A DNA stretch of 64,000 bases from a virus. The number at the start of each line of letters is the position of its first letter. Positions within the stretch are counted from its first letter, which is position 1. Made by a program: the position numbers and the translations under genes. The stretch is taken from the IMG/VR virus record IMGVR_UViG_3300047557_002467, positions 1 to 64,000 of that record; one strand, given 5' to 3'. The notes under the pieces were generated by a model. The model was not told where the DNA came from, made no database searches, and saw only the letters and a program-made list of their open reading frames with translations. Below are positions 8,590 to 17,691 of the stretch, piece by piece.

Positions 8590-9657
8590 CTATTCTGTTT
8601 CAGTAGCGTCGAAGATGTCTCTATTATCTTCATCGGATTCTATAACAACCTCAAAGTCTGTACTACCAAGTGCTTTTAACCAATCCTTTGAGTGTTGCTT
8701 CTTATAAGCATCTATTGCTTGTTTAGTATCGTCAATAAATCCGTGTGCAGTCATAATAACCTTACCTACTGATGTAACATCATTAACGTGGTTCTTGTCG
8801 CAACTGATCTTTGTACGCTTTGCAAACTCTATTTCCTTTCCACCCTTAGTAGCCTTGATCTTATTTGTACCTGAGTTTGTAACATTACCAAATGTTATAA
8901 TTAGACTTGAATCAAAGTACATTGTATCACCACCCTTATTCTTCATTTTAGGTTGTGCCATAATGTTCTCAGCCTTAGCAACCCAAATCTTATTTACAGC
9001 AACCATAGTATTTGTGTATGGTTGTGATTGTTTTCTTGAAAGAACAATCTTTTGATTTATAAAATTACCAAATTGCTGAGACATTGCTCCTGCATTCCAC
9101 TCATTGTTGTTCTTGTTTGACTCAACACTAAGTCTACAAGGAATTGATCCGACACTATCCCAAAAGAAACAAAGGTCGTAAGGTAGTCTACCGTTCTTTT
9201 GCTCATCCAATAAGTCGGCAATAAAGGCTGCTACATCTTCAATTGTGTTTAGTCTTTCTCTATCTACATAAATGAAAAAACCTTTGTAGTCACTTACTTC
9301 GCCATCTGCATCAGGTACACCTTCAAACTGTAGACCCATCTGCTTTGCATGCTCCCAATTCCATTTCATCTCTGTGATAATGAACACTGGAAGTATTCCC
9401 ATCTTCTGACAGTTTACAGCTGCTTCTAATAATGCTGTAGTCTTTCCTGTATCTGAATGACCTCTAAGAAGAGTAATGTGTCCAATTGGTATTCCTGGAA
9501 CTGATAGACAGTTTTGAAAAGCTTGTGATAGTGGAATCCACTTTTGCTCTTTCATCTTTATAGAAGTACTTGAAAGATTCTTTGATTTGATAAACTTATC
9601 AAGATCAAAAGAACCCTTCAATGCATCTCCTATGTTTTCATTCAACGATTTAGCCAT
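8590..9657 (-). CDS. uvsX: RecA/UvsX-like recombinase
   Basis: Walker A GHSDTGKT, IITEMK, FFWDSVGS, KGG..MYF, KNH. Confidence 0.85.
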   Translation of the reverse strand: MAKSLNENIGDALKGSFDLDKFIKSKNLSSTSIKMKEQKWIPLSQAFQNCLSVPGIPIGHITLLRGHSDTGKTTALLEAAVNCQKMGILPVFIITEMKWNWEHAKQMGLQFEGVPDADGEVSDYKGFFIYVDRERLNTIEDVAAFIADLLDEQKNGRLPYDLCFFWDSVGSIPCRLSVESNKNNNEWNAGAMSQQFGNFINQKIVLSRKQSQPYTNTMVAVNKIWVAKAENIMAQPKMKNKGGDTMYFDSSLIITFGNVTNSGTNKIKATKGGKEIEFAKRTKISCDKNHVNDVTSVGKVIMTAHGFIDDTKQAIDAYKKQHSKDWLKALGSTDFEVVIESDEDNRDIFDATETE

Positions 9658-9671
9658 AAAATTATTCTATA

Positions 9672-10478
9672 TTAGAACGGTGATTTAAACAGAGCATCGA
9701 ACTCATCATCTACACTCTTCTTTGGTGTGTTAAGTGCAAATGCTGCTGGTTGTTCTTTTTCTTCAACCTTAGCTTCTGCTGCAGGTGCTGCTGGCTCTTC
9801 GGTTTCAGGATTTAACCAACCTAACAAAGACTCTTTCATCTCGTCGTAAGAATACTTTTTAAAGATACTAAACGGCTCAGGTTGTGTGTTTAACCACTTT
9901 TGTACTTCGTCTGCACTTTCAGATAGAGCAGTAATCTTAGTACGAACACGTACTTTAGACTGATTGAAGCTTGTACCATTTGTCTCAGGTCCAGTTGTTT
10001 CAATTGTAATGTCGCGACCTTGAATAGGATCTGTGTAATCTCCTACATCTGGGTCATCAGCAATACTTAACAACTCTTGATAAACCTGCTTTCCAAACTC
10101 CCACAAACGAACTCCCTTTTCTTCTTCACCTCTAACAACAACAGGAGCAAACACTCTCATCTTAGGTTCTAACTTCTTTGCAAGTGACCAATTATCCTTA
10201 TCACTTGTCTGTCTTAATTGTTTTGCAAATTCTACGATTGGGTCTTTCTCTCCAAAGTTTGCAAGAGAGATCATTGTACGATTACCAATACCGTAGTGTA
10301 CAAAAACTTCCTTAAAAGGATTTGATTTGTCGTAAACAGAAGGTACGATACGTACACTGTGTTTACCAATTGATGGTTTCCAAAGGATTAAGGACATATC
10401 TCTTTTCTGTCCACCACCCTGACGTTGATTCTGAAGAGCATTCAACTTGCTCTTAATTGCGCTAAGATCCATAGCCAT
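9672..10478 (-). CDS. T4 gp32-like single-stranded DNA-binding protein
   Basis: WKP..G...VRIVP, PFKEVFVHY, GVRLWEFGK, DYTDP..GRDITI; acidic C-tail DDEFDALF. Confidence 0.85.
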   Translation of the reverse strand: MAMDLSAIKSKLNALQNQRQGGGQKRDMSLILWKPSIGKHSVRIVPSVYDKSNPFKEVFVHYGIGNRTMISLANFGEKDPIVEFAKQLRQTSDKDNWSLAKKLEPKMRVFAPVVVRGEEEKGVRLWEFGKQVYQELLSIADDPDVGDYTDPIQGRDITIETTGPETNGTSFNQSKVRVRTKITALSESADEVQKWLNTQPEPFSIFKKYSYDEMKESLLGWLNPETEEPAAPAAEAKVEEKEQPAAFALNTPKKSVDDEFDALFKSPF

Positions 10479-10501
10479 ATTGTGATTTTTTGTTTTCTAT
10501 A

Positions 10502-10533
10502 CGAACATAGAGAAAATAATTCAAACAAACAAC
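10502..10533 (-). promoter_or_regulatory. Bacteroidota-type promoter GTTG-N20-TATGTTCG
   Basis: Exact N20 spacing; upstream of the SSB gene. Confidence 0.65.
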
Positions 10534-10952
10534 TATGCTACTACGATTTTATAAATCTTTGTTGTAAGTTTTTTTAGATCTTCTCCTTGTGTGAGTAAGA
10601 CTGTGTTTCTATAGTGAGACCAATCCACTCTAAATGAAGTATCCAACACTCCTTCATTTAAACTTTTAATTAATAGATTTAAACTGTTGATTGTATACAG
10701 TGTGTTGGTCTCTTTCTTTCTATGTAGCAGTATTGTGTTAGGAAGAATTTTAGCACTACCATCTTGCACCTCTATATTATAGGTACAAAGTAGCTCGTCG
10801 GAGTCTTGAGATTCCAAAACGAAAATTTTATTATACATGATTACGTACTCTCTCTTGATCGTATCTAATGTTTCATCAAGCTTGGTTCTAGAGGAGAACG
10901 TGCAAAAAAGCTTATTCTTCAATTGCTCCTGTGTTAATTCCAAATATTCCAT
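10533..10952 (-). CDS. Hypothetical protein in replication block (NKLFCTF...HRKKETNTLYTIN)
   Basis: ORF track; fills the pol-SSB gap. Confidence 0.8.
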   Translation of the reverse strand: MEYLELTQEQLKNKLFCTFSSRTKLDETLDTIKREYVIMYNKIFVLESQDSDELLCTYNIEVQDGSAKILPNTILLHRKKETNTLYTINSLNLLIKSLNEGVLDTSFRVDWSHYRNTVLLTQGEDLKKLTTKIYKIVVA

Positions 10953-10967
10953 AATAAATAGTAGTAA

Positions 10968-12269
10968 TTAGCTATTAAACGAATAGTTAGAGCCGATCCT
11001 AACTTTTACCTTGTATCCGTCTTCTTCTAATACGTTTTTAATTTCTTCTAATGTCTGTCTTCCGTCTAACTTACTGAAATCCACTAAGATAGAATCGTAG
11101 ACTACTAATATAACTTTACTTTTTTTATTGATTAGTAGCTCTCTTAGTTTTGATAGCTTCTTTATATTGTTTACAGTTTCTAAGCACTGAACATAATAAT
11201 TGAAGAGTTTTTGAGGTGTTGGATTCTCAATTGTGATCTTTCTACCGTTTGGTAACAAAAGGAAACCAGTTTCTTTGTACCTAGACCAAGAAGCTTGTAT
11301 TAGTTCGTCAACCTCATTAAATAACTCTATACCCTTGTAATCAGCTTCAATACCGTTGTAAAGCTGTCTAAATGTTATCTTTTTGGACTCTTGGTACTCT
11401 TCTGCTGTAAGTTCTTCCTTACCAAAATACTCCCTACCTAATAAAGTATGGATTGATTCGTCACTTGGTAGAGTTAAGTTTAACATATTAGCTATCAATC
11501 TAATGTGGTATCCATCAAAATCAAACTCTACAAAAGCATCGTTTTCTGGTATAAACGATCTTCTTGAGTTATTATCTTTGTTAAATGCTAAGAAGTTTAT
11601 ACCATTGAAAGTATTTGTTGGTCTCGAAGTTGTGTTGTATAGGTTGTAACTTGTGTAGATTTTACCGTTCCTAACAGATCTAGCTTTCCAAGTAGGTTCA
11701 AAGTACTTATCAAAAGACTTCTCATCTATTTTTAATCCGTTTTCTTCTACCCACTTATAAGCCTTATAGAATTCGTTTTTCCACGGCAAATTTTCTTCCT
11801 TTCCTATAAAAGGTCTAATTACATCAAACAAACATTCACACCTCTCATAATGCTTAGAAATAGGTATAATCGTGTTTTCTTCTTCCTGGTATTTGAATTT
11901 GTTGTAGAAATCTAAATGTAGAGGTGTATAACAATCTGTATCAGGTAACTTTCCTGTCGTATCTAATACTGTTTGGTTTACATCTACGGCATTTTCTAAA
12001 GGAAGAAAATAGGAATGCCACTTAATATCCAATAAGTAAACCTTTTCCTTAGTTGATAAGAAGTTAACTATGTCTATCAATTCAATAGAGAATGCTTCTG
12101 AATGTTTGATTGGGAAGATGTAACCTTTCTCAAAATCGTTGTAGTAAATGACACAAGCCGAAGTTAGGCTTGGGTGTGATTCTTCATTAAGTGATACCAG
12201 CTCTATGAAACAAGTTTTTGTTTCTTTTAGTTTACTAAGCTGCTCTTTTGTTTCTATAATGTAATACAT
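10968..12269 (-). CDS. Short family A DNA polymerase-like protein
   Basis: TTSRP (TxTGR-like), motif A EFDFDGYHIRL, motif B SKKITFRQLYNG, motif C LVVYDSILVD. Confidence 0.8.
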   Translation of the reverse strand: MYYIIETKEQLSKLKETKTCFIELVSLNEESHPSLTSACVIYYNDFEKGYIFPIKHSEAFSIELIDIVNFLSTKEKVYLLDIKWHSYFLPLENAVDVNQTVLDTTGKLPDTDCYTPLHLDFYNKFKYQEEENTIIPISKHYERCECLFDVIRPFIGKEENLPWKNEFYKAYKWVEENGLKIDEKSFDKYFEPTWKARSVRNGKIYTSYNLYNTTSRPTNTFNGINFLAFNKDNNSRRSFIPENDAFVEFDFDGYHIRLIANMLNLTLPSDESIHTLLGREYFGKEELTAEEYQESKKITFRQLYNGIEADYKGIELFNEVDELIQASWSRYKETGFLLLPNGRKITIENPTPQKLFNYYVQCLETVNNIKKLSKLRELLINKKSKVILVVYDSILVDFSKLDGRQTLEEIKNVLEEDGYKVKVRIGSNYSFNS

Positions 12270-12279
12270 AACCTTTCAT

Positions 12280-12311
12280 GAACCTTACAAAGATATTTTC
12301 ATCTTTGCAAC
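12280..12311 (-). promoter_or_regulatory. Promoter upstream of polymerase, containing the inverted repeat CAAAGAT-N6-ATCTTTG
   Basis: GTTG-N20-TAAGGTTC, plus a perfect TAnnTTTG (TATCTTTG) inside the spacer. Confidence 0.55.
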
Positions 12312-12313
12312 AT

Positions 12314-12964
12314 CTATTGATCTATACGTGCAAACTTGGTATAGTTTCCACCAATGTACTCTACTAAACCTGAGAATGTTTCATTCTTTGCAATAGTAAC
12401 TCTTCTGTTAGTTGTGAGAACACCACCTTTAATTTGGTATTGTGATACTCTCGTGTCTTCTAAAGGACCGGTTAATTGCCAAAGCATGTTTGTGTATTCG
12501 TAACCTAATATACCTGGTGATACTATTTGATTAGATAAACTTGAAAAATCGGACTCAGAGATTTCAAAAACATAGCCAGGACCTGATACAGTTTTCGCAA
12601 AGTATCTCATGAAGTAACCTTTTGTATAATCTTCCTCAAGAGGGAATGGATAGTATGGCTTTAACTCTGTTAAGAAAGTTGAATCCAAATCATCTACTTG
12701 TTGTCCCTTTTGTTTTAAAGATGCATCGTAGTATGAGCTGTTAACATTAATTGTTTTACCACCTCTTGATTCATCCAATCTCTGTTGTATTGGTGTTAGT
12801 TCTTCGTTAGTACCTATAACTGGATTAGCACCTGCAAATGCTCTACCGTCGTATGTAATGTAATACAAACCAGTATAAGGTGTTCCGTTAGGTAACTTAA
12901 AAGACTGACCTCTTGTGTACAAGTCAGTCTTAATCATTGTCAAAGGATAATACCTTAATGCCAT
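12314..12964 (-). CDS. Hypothetical virion/baseplate-associated protein
   Basis: Last gene of the tail operon, 2-nt gap from the hub gene. Confidence 0.6.
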   Translation of the reverse strand: MALRYYPLTMIKTDLYTRGQSFKLPNGTPYTGLYYITYDGRAFAGANPVIGTNEELTPIQQRLDESRGGKTINVNSSYYDASLKQKGQQVDDLDSTFLTELKPYYPFPLEEDYTKGYFMRYFAKTVSGPGYVFEISESDFSSLSNQIVSPGILGYEYTNMLWQLTGPLEDTRVSQYQIKGGVLTTNRRVTIAKNETFSGLVEYIGGNYTKFARIDQ

Positions 12965-12966
12965 TG

Positions 12967-15900
12967 TTACAAGCTTTTAATATAATCTACTACTTTTCTA
13001 CCTTCAGCAGGTTGCTTTCTTGTTGTTGTTTGACCATGACCAATAACTTGATCTTTATTGAATCCTAAATATCTAATCAATCTTACAGCAGCCCTGACTT
13101 GAATATCTAGAACATCGTTATCATCATTTGCTATAATTTCTACACCAATAGATGTTTCATTGTAGTACGCGCCACTTGTATCTCTTCCTCCTGCATGCCA
13201 ACCCTTTGTACCATCTGGCATAAACCTGTGGATATTACCTTGTCTATCAATAACGTATTGTGCAGGTAAACCTCTACAGAAAAATACTTGGTATACGTCT
13301 TCTACTGTACCTCTTCCTCCTGTATGATGTACTATAAAATACTTTGGTCTTTGAGCTATGACACCCAAATCAAATCTATTCAAAGTTGTGTCATTTATAA
13401 TCTCTGATTCATTCAAAGCAGGTACATTATTAGTTATAGGTATGTTTGAAGTACCTCGTACAAAGCTTAAGTTTGGATAGTATGTTCTAACATTATCAAT
13501 ATTGATAGATTCTGTTTCAGGTACTAACGGAGCACCAGAATAGTTTTGGGTAGGTTCACAATCACTACGTGTTAATGGTGTAGTAGCTTTAATTATAGGT
13601 TGTTGAGTACCTAATTGAGGTGTTGGTGCAGAATAACTTTTTACATCCTGTAATCTTATCATCTGACCTTTTATCTTAGTAAGCCACTGATTGTTATCTA
13701 AAGTATGTGTAAGTCCAGATACAATAAATCCAACCTTGGTGTTAATACCATTACCTCTTAGCGATAGTGGTAGTCTGTCTTCTGGTACAGTGAAAGCATT
13801 ACCCATTACAATGCCACTTATACCATCTATAGTCATACTCAAATTTGCAGGTATAAAAGGTGCTGCATAGGTTGCTGGATCCAAGGATTTCCTATCTGCC
13901 ATACTACTGATGTAGTAGTTTATAGCAAAGTCAATTCTACCTGGATTTAAGTACTCTCCACCTTGATAGATAGCTAAAATATGAGAGTTGAATTTTCTTG
14001 CTTGATCTTTATCAACCTCTGTGTTTTGTACTTTAGTACTGTTATTGGAAGTGGAGGTTAGTCTAGTAGAATCTGTTATTTGTGGTTTATATGCATCTAC
14101 AAAGTCAGCATTTAAATAACTAAAAGATGTATGGTCTGTTGAATTCACAGCTAAAGGTGCAGCCTGTGCAGATATCGCTATCTGCTTAGACATAGCAGTA
14201 TTAATGTTTGTTTTAAATTCAAACTCCCTAACCATACTATTCAAGCCAAATATCGGTATCATACCATATTTAGGATTTCCGTTAGCATTAGAATCGTATG
14301 ATATCTTGTTAAGAATACTTGGTTCATCTGACTTGTTTGGTACAAACTGGTCATCTTTAATTACAACTGTATTTGAGTCATCATCGTAGGAAACTCTAAA
14401 CATGTTGATGTTACCACAAGATTTGTTAATGCCTACTACTACAGCATCTAAAAACCCTTTTAAATTAATAGCATGAGTTGGGTCACTACTTGTAAAAGAT
14501 TTAAGTGTGTCAAGTAGAAAGTCGACATTTAACAATATCTCCATAGTTTTACCTTGGTAGGCATTGTTCTTATTCTTAAATCCTGGTATGAATTTAGAAA
14601 CTATGTTCTTCTCTGGTGTTAAACCTACTTCATCTTTTACATCTCCTTTCTTTGGAAATTCAGTATCTCTAATACTTTCTGGAAATAGTAATTTGTAATC
14701 TTCGGTACTGCCTTCGTAAGGTATTAAACAAGTTAAAGGATCAACACTCAGATGATAAGGTGATGTTAAACAAAAGTTGTATTCTGGATTGAAATCCAAA
14801 TATACATAAGGACGTTTGTCTGTGTCTTGTTTAGAATCGTAAATCAAACACATACTATTCAAGAAAGCTAAAAGATAACCAAACTTGATATAAACAGGGA
14901 AGTTGTATGGGTTTGTGTTATCCTGTATCCTATATTTTATATAATAAGCAGTGCATAATGAATTGAAATCTACATCCTGTATTCTGTTAAACAAAGTTGG
15001 ATCAGCCATTAAGCTGCTATTGAATCCTTTTCTTGCGTACGGAATTAGATCAAAAGGTACTTCTTCTTCATTAGGTGCTAAAAGATTGTTTAAAACTCTC
15101 AGTGAACTTCTAGTTATGTTAGAAGGTACTACTGTTTGATTTGGTGAATCTAATACACCATTCAAAACGCCATCAAGAAAAAACTTTCTCGTTAGGTCTA
15201 TAATGTTTACAGAACTACCTGAATTATTTTTTATTTTTCCAGATTGTGTTTGTACTTCGCTTTTAACTGCATACAACATTGCATGGAGAGCAGATGCAAA
15301 CTTTTGAGCTTCATCCTTTTGTTGAGGTGTTGAGTTATTTACAACTATAACAGTCGATTCTGCACCTAAAACACCACTCATAGGTATTGTTACTTCTTCA
15401 GGTGGTCTTGTAAGAATCTGGCTAATATAAGAAGGATCGTTAGTTGTAAAGGTTATAGTAGGTACTTCTATACCATTAGCTAAAGGTTGCAACTGCAAAG
15501 GACCACTTAATAACAAATCTGGGTAGGTATAAGTTCCACCTAAAGCAGCAGGAATGTCTATTCCTATCTTAGATAATAAAGTTGCTACTCCACCTGAATT
15601 ATCTCTCAAATAAATTACTGAGCTGAGATCCGTAATATTCCATGTTGGAGTTGCACTTGAAAACCAATTTTGAAGTATTGTAAGTGCATCTGTCCAGTTT
15701 TGACTTTGACTTTTTGTTACGTTAAATATAAAATAAAATTGCTTGTATTTGGTTTGATCTTCAACATCTCCAACTTCTTGTTGATAAGTGTAGACAAATG
15801 ATACTTGGTTTACGTTAGTTTGATTTATTCCTAGTCTTAATGAAATTGTATTGTTAATATCGTTTGTTATACTAAATTTTGTTGTTTTGTTTATACTGGA

Positions 15901-17379
15901 AAAATAAGTGTTATTTTCTCTAGCCTCAACTGCAAAAAAATAATCCTTATTTGTAAATGCTTGTACTAAATCTGATGATATTACGTATGGTGCTAAAAAA
16001 GAATTAAATATTAAACTTTTACTAAAAGAAAAATCATAAGCTTCTCTAAAAATAAAGGTATCTATATCATTAGCTCGATTTTCTAAAAATTTTGTATTTA
16101 GTACTACTGGTTGTGGATGAGTAGGTTTTACGTCGGCTGGTATTAGAAATTTGATACTTGACTCATCAGGTATAAATAATCCTGTTCTCTGATTATTTAA
16201 TCTTATATTGTCTTGTCCGACAGCTTTGTAGTAACCTACACTAAAAAATGAAAAGTCTGAGTAATCTCTGTTGGGATGTACAAAGTATGAATAGTATTGA
16301 TTAATGAAGTCCTCTCTACTAAGAGTACCATTAGGTTGATCATATTTGTATATGTTATTATATACGTCATCAAAATTTGTTGCTGGGTCAGGTAGAGGTC
16401 CCGCTAATTGCTGTTGTGCAGCTGCTGCTCTCTGGGCTGCTTCTAGTTTCCTTCTCTCCTCTCTTTCTGCTGCTTCTTGAATTTGTTTTTCAATGCTTTT
16501 TTGTTGCTTTTCAAAATCTATAAAGATTACATCAGGCATCTTGTAGGATAGGTTGATGCGTAAAGTATCAATAATAGAACCTAGTCCAATTATTTTAAGA
16601 GTACAATCATAACCACCTTCTTGATTGAATGACCAAGTAAAGTTAGATACTATACCAAGCATTCCGTCATAATTACCATCTGTCTTTTTTCTTTTCCTAG
16701 CTATTTCTTGTTGTACAGTTTCTTTTCTTGTATCTGTGAATGCATCTATACCACCATCACTGGTTGTGAAAGTACCGTCTACATTTCTACCTGATAGGTT
16801 GTCGAAATATTGTACGTGACCCCATTCTAAGATCATTGAATATCCTAATCTAAAGTATAATGCTTCTATGACATTAAGTTGTTCAATATTCCAAACCTTG
16901 AAGTCTAAGTTTGCTTCTCTCAAAGATCCAAGCACACCTTTTGATTCGATTGTTACATTTGTTAAACCTGGCATGGGTCTGTAGCCGTTACTCTTAGTAC
17001 CACCCATTCCATAAGCTCCATCATCACCAAAACCTTGCCTTAGTGTGATATTGTTAGTATTTTCATTGTAAGATGTACCAGCTTGTAGTATCCAATTTTT
17101 AGCTAAACTGTCAGGTTGATTATATTGTGTAGTATCTAATTGATAGGCTTGATAGAAAGATGACAAATCTTGGTATTGTTCTCTGTTAGTTTGTATCCTA
17201 ACAGAAGATGTTAGTTTTACCCAAGACATCTTATTAGCTAAAAACAAAACTTCCTGAGTAGATCTTCTACCATTAACACCTGTTCCAATGCTGTTTCTTC
17301 TTGTTCTTATGTCTAATTGAGTCAAAACAAATTCAGCAAAAGGAGCACCAACTACGTTTGATAATCTTTCTGTTGGCAT
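12967..17379 (-). CDS. Baseplate hub / tail-associated lysin with C-terminal Amidase_2 (N-acetylmuramoyl-L-alanine amidase) domain
   Basis: N-terminal RPMPG...LEWG hub-like region. C-terminal IVHHTG, YVIDRQG, WHAG, NETSIGVEI and VIGH Zn-amidase motifs. Located downstream of the tape measure gene. Confidence 0.8.
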   Translation of the reverse strand: MPTERLSNVVGAPFAEFVLTQLDIRTRRNSIGTGVNGRRSTQEVLFLANKMSWVKLTSSVRIQTNREQYQDLSSFYQAYQLDTTQYNQPDSLAKNWILQAGTSYNENTNNITLRQGFGDDGAYGMGGTKSNGYRPMPGLTNVTIESKGVLGSLREANLDFKVWNIEQLNVIEALYFRLGYSMILEWGHVQYFDNLSGRNVDGTFTTSDGGIDAFTDTRKETVQQEIARKRKKTDGNYDGMLGIVSNFTWSFNQEGGYDCTLKIIGLGSIIDTLRINLSYKMPDVIFIDFEKQQKSIEKQIQEAAEREERRKLEAAQRAAAAQQQLAGPLPDPATNFDDVYNNIYKYDQPNGTLSREDFINQYYSYFVHPNRDYSDFSFFSVGYYKAVGQDNIRLNNQRTGLFIPDESSIKFLIPADVKPTHPQPVVLNTKFLENRANDIDTFIFREAYDFSFSKSLIFNSFLAPYVISSDLVQAFTNKDYFFAVEARENNTYFSSINKTTKFSITNDINNTISLRLGINQTNVNQVSFVYTYQQEVGDVEDQTKYKQFYFIFNVTKSQSQNWTDALTILQNWFSSATPTWNITDLSSVIYLRDNSGGVATLLSKIGIDIPAALGGTYTYPDLLLSGPLQLQPLANGIEVPTITFTTNDPSYISQILTRPPEEVTIPMSGVLGAESTVIVVNNSTPQQKDEAQKFASALHAMLYAVKSEVQTQSGKIKNNSGSSVNIIDLTRKFFLDGVLNGVLDSPNQTVVPSNITRSSLRVLNNLLAPNEEEVPFDLIPYARKGFNSSLMADPTLFNRIQDVDFNSLCTAYYIKYRIQDNTNPYNFPVYIKFGYLLAFLNSMCLIYDSKQDTDKRPYVYLDFNPEYNFCLTSPYHLSVDPLTCLIPYEGSTEDYKLLFPESIRDTEFPKKGDVKDEVGLTPEKNIVSKFIPGFKNKNNAYQGKTMEILLNVDFLLDTLKSFTSSDPTHAINLKGFLDAVVVGINKSCGNINMFRVSYDDDSNTVVIKDDQFVPNKSDEPSILNKISYDSNANGNPKYGMIPIFGLNSMVREFEFKTNINTAMSKQIAISAQAAPLAVNSTDHTSFSYLNADFVDAYKPQITDSTRLTSTSNNSTKVQNTEVDKDQARKFNSHILAIYQGGEYLNPGRIDFAINYYISSMADRKSLDPATYAAPFIPANLSMTIDGISGIVMGNAFTVPEDRLPLSLRGNGINTKVGFIVSGLTHTLDNNQWLTKIKGQMIRLQDVKSYSAPTPQLGTQQPIIKATTPLTRSDCEPTQNYSGAPLVPETESINIDNVRTYYPNLSFVRGTSNIPITNNVPALNESEIINDTTLNRFDLGVIAQRPKYFIVHHTGGRGTVEDVYQVFFCRGLPAQYVIDRQGNIHRFMPDGTKGWHAGGRDTSGAYYNETSIGVEIIANDDNDVLDIQVRAAVRLIRYLGFNKDQVIGHGQTTTRKQPAEGRKVVDYIKSL

Positions 17380-17380
17380 T

Positions 17381-17689
17381 TTATGTAACGTTATTTTGTA
17401 AGTTATAAGATGTTAAAATCTCTGGTAAGTTTGTTGGTATCCTAAGTTGAATACCAGCTGGCGGATAAATTGAATCGCCAGGTAATGCATTAGCTGATGC
17501 AATAATCCACCACAAACTAGAATCCTTATAGAAGTCAAAAGCAATTAAATCCAACCTATCCTCAGCTGTTGTAATTACATAATAGTCGTCGTTAGTTGGT
17601 TCAATAGTTGGATATACGTTTGTTTGGTAATAGACACTACCAGTCGTATTTAACTTTGTCGTTCTTATATTTTGATACCTATTTGCCAT
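17381..17689 (-). CDS. Baseplate wedge gp53 / tail protein X-like LysM-fold protein
   Basis: EDRLDLIAFDFYKDSSLWWIIASAN...G.QLRIP. Confidence 0.82.
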   Translation of the reverse strand: MANRYQNIRTTKLNTTGSVYYQTNVYPTIEPTNDDYYVITTAEDRLDLIAFDFYKDSSLWWIIASANALPGDSIYPPAGIQLRIPTNLPEILTSYNLQNNVT

Positions 17690-17691
17690 TT

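Noticed and set aside
8568-8633. Extended denV N-terminus from the ORF track
   Set aside because: It overlaps uvsX, and DenV needs Thr2 at the N-terminus, so the start is MTRIN at 8567.
3558-12269. Inteins or group I introns in nrdJ, helicase, recombinase or polymerase
   Set aside because: These ORFs are uninterrupted and of normal or short length, and no splicing motifs were seen. The HNH gene is free-standing.
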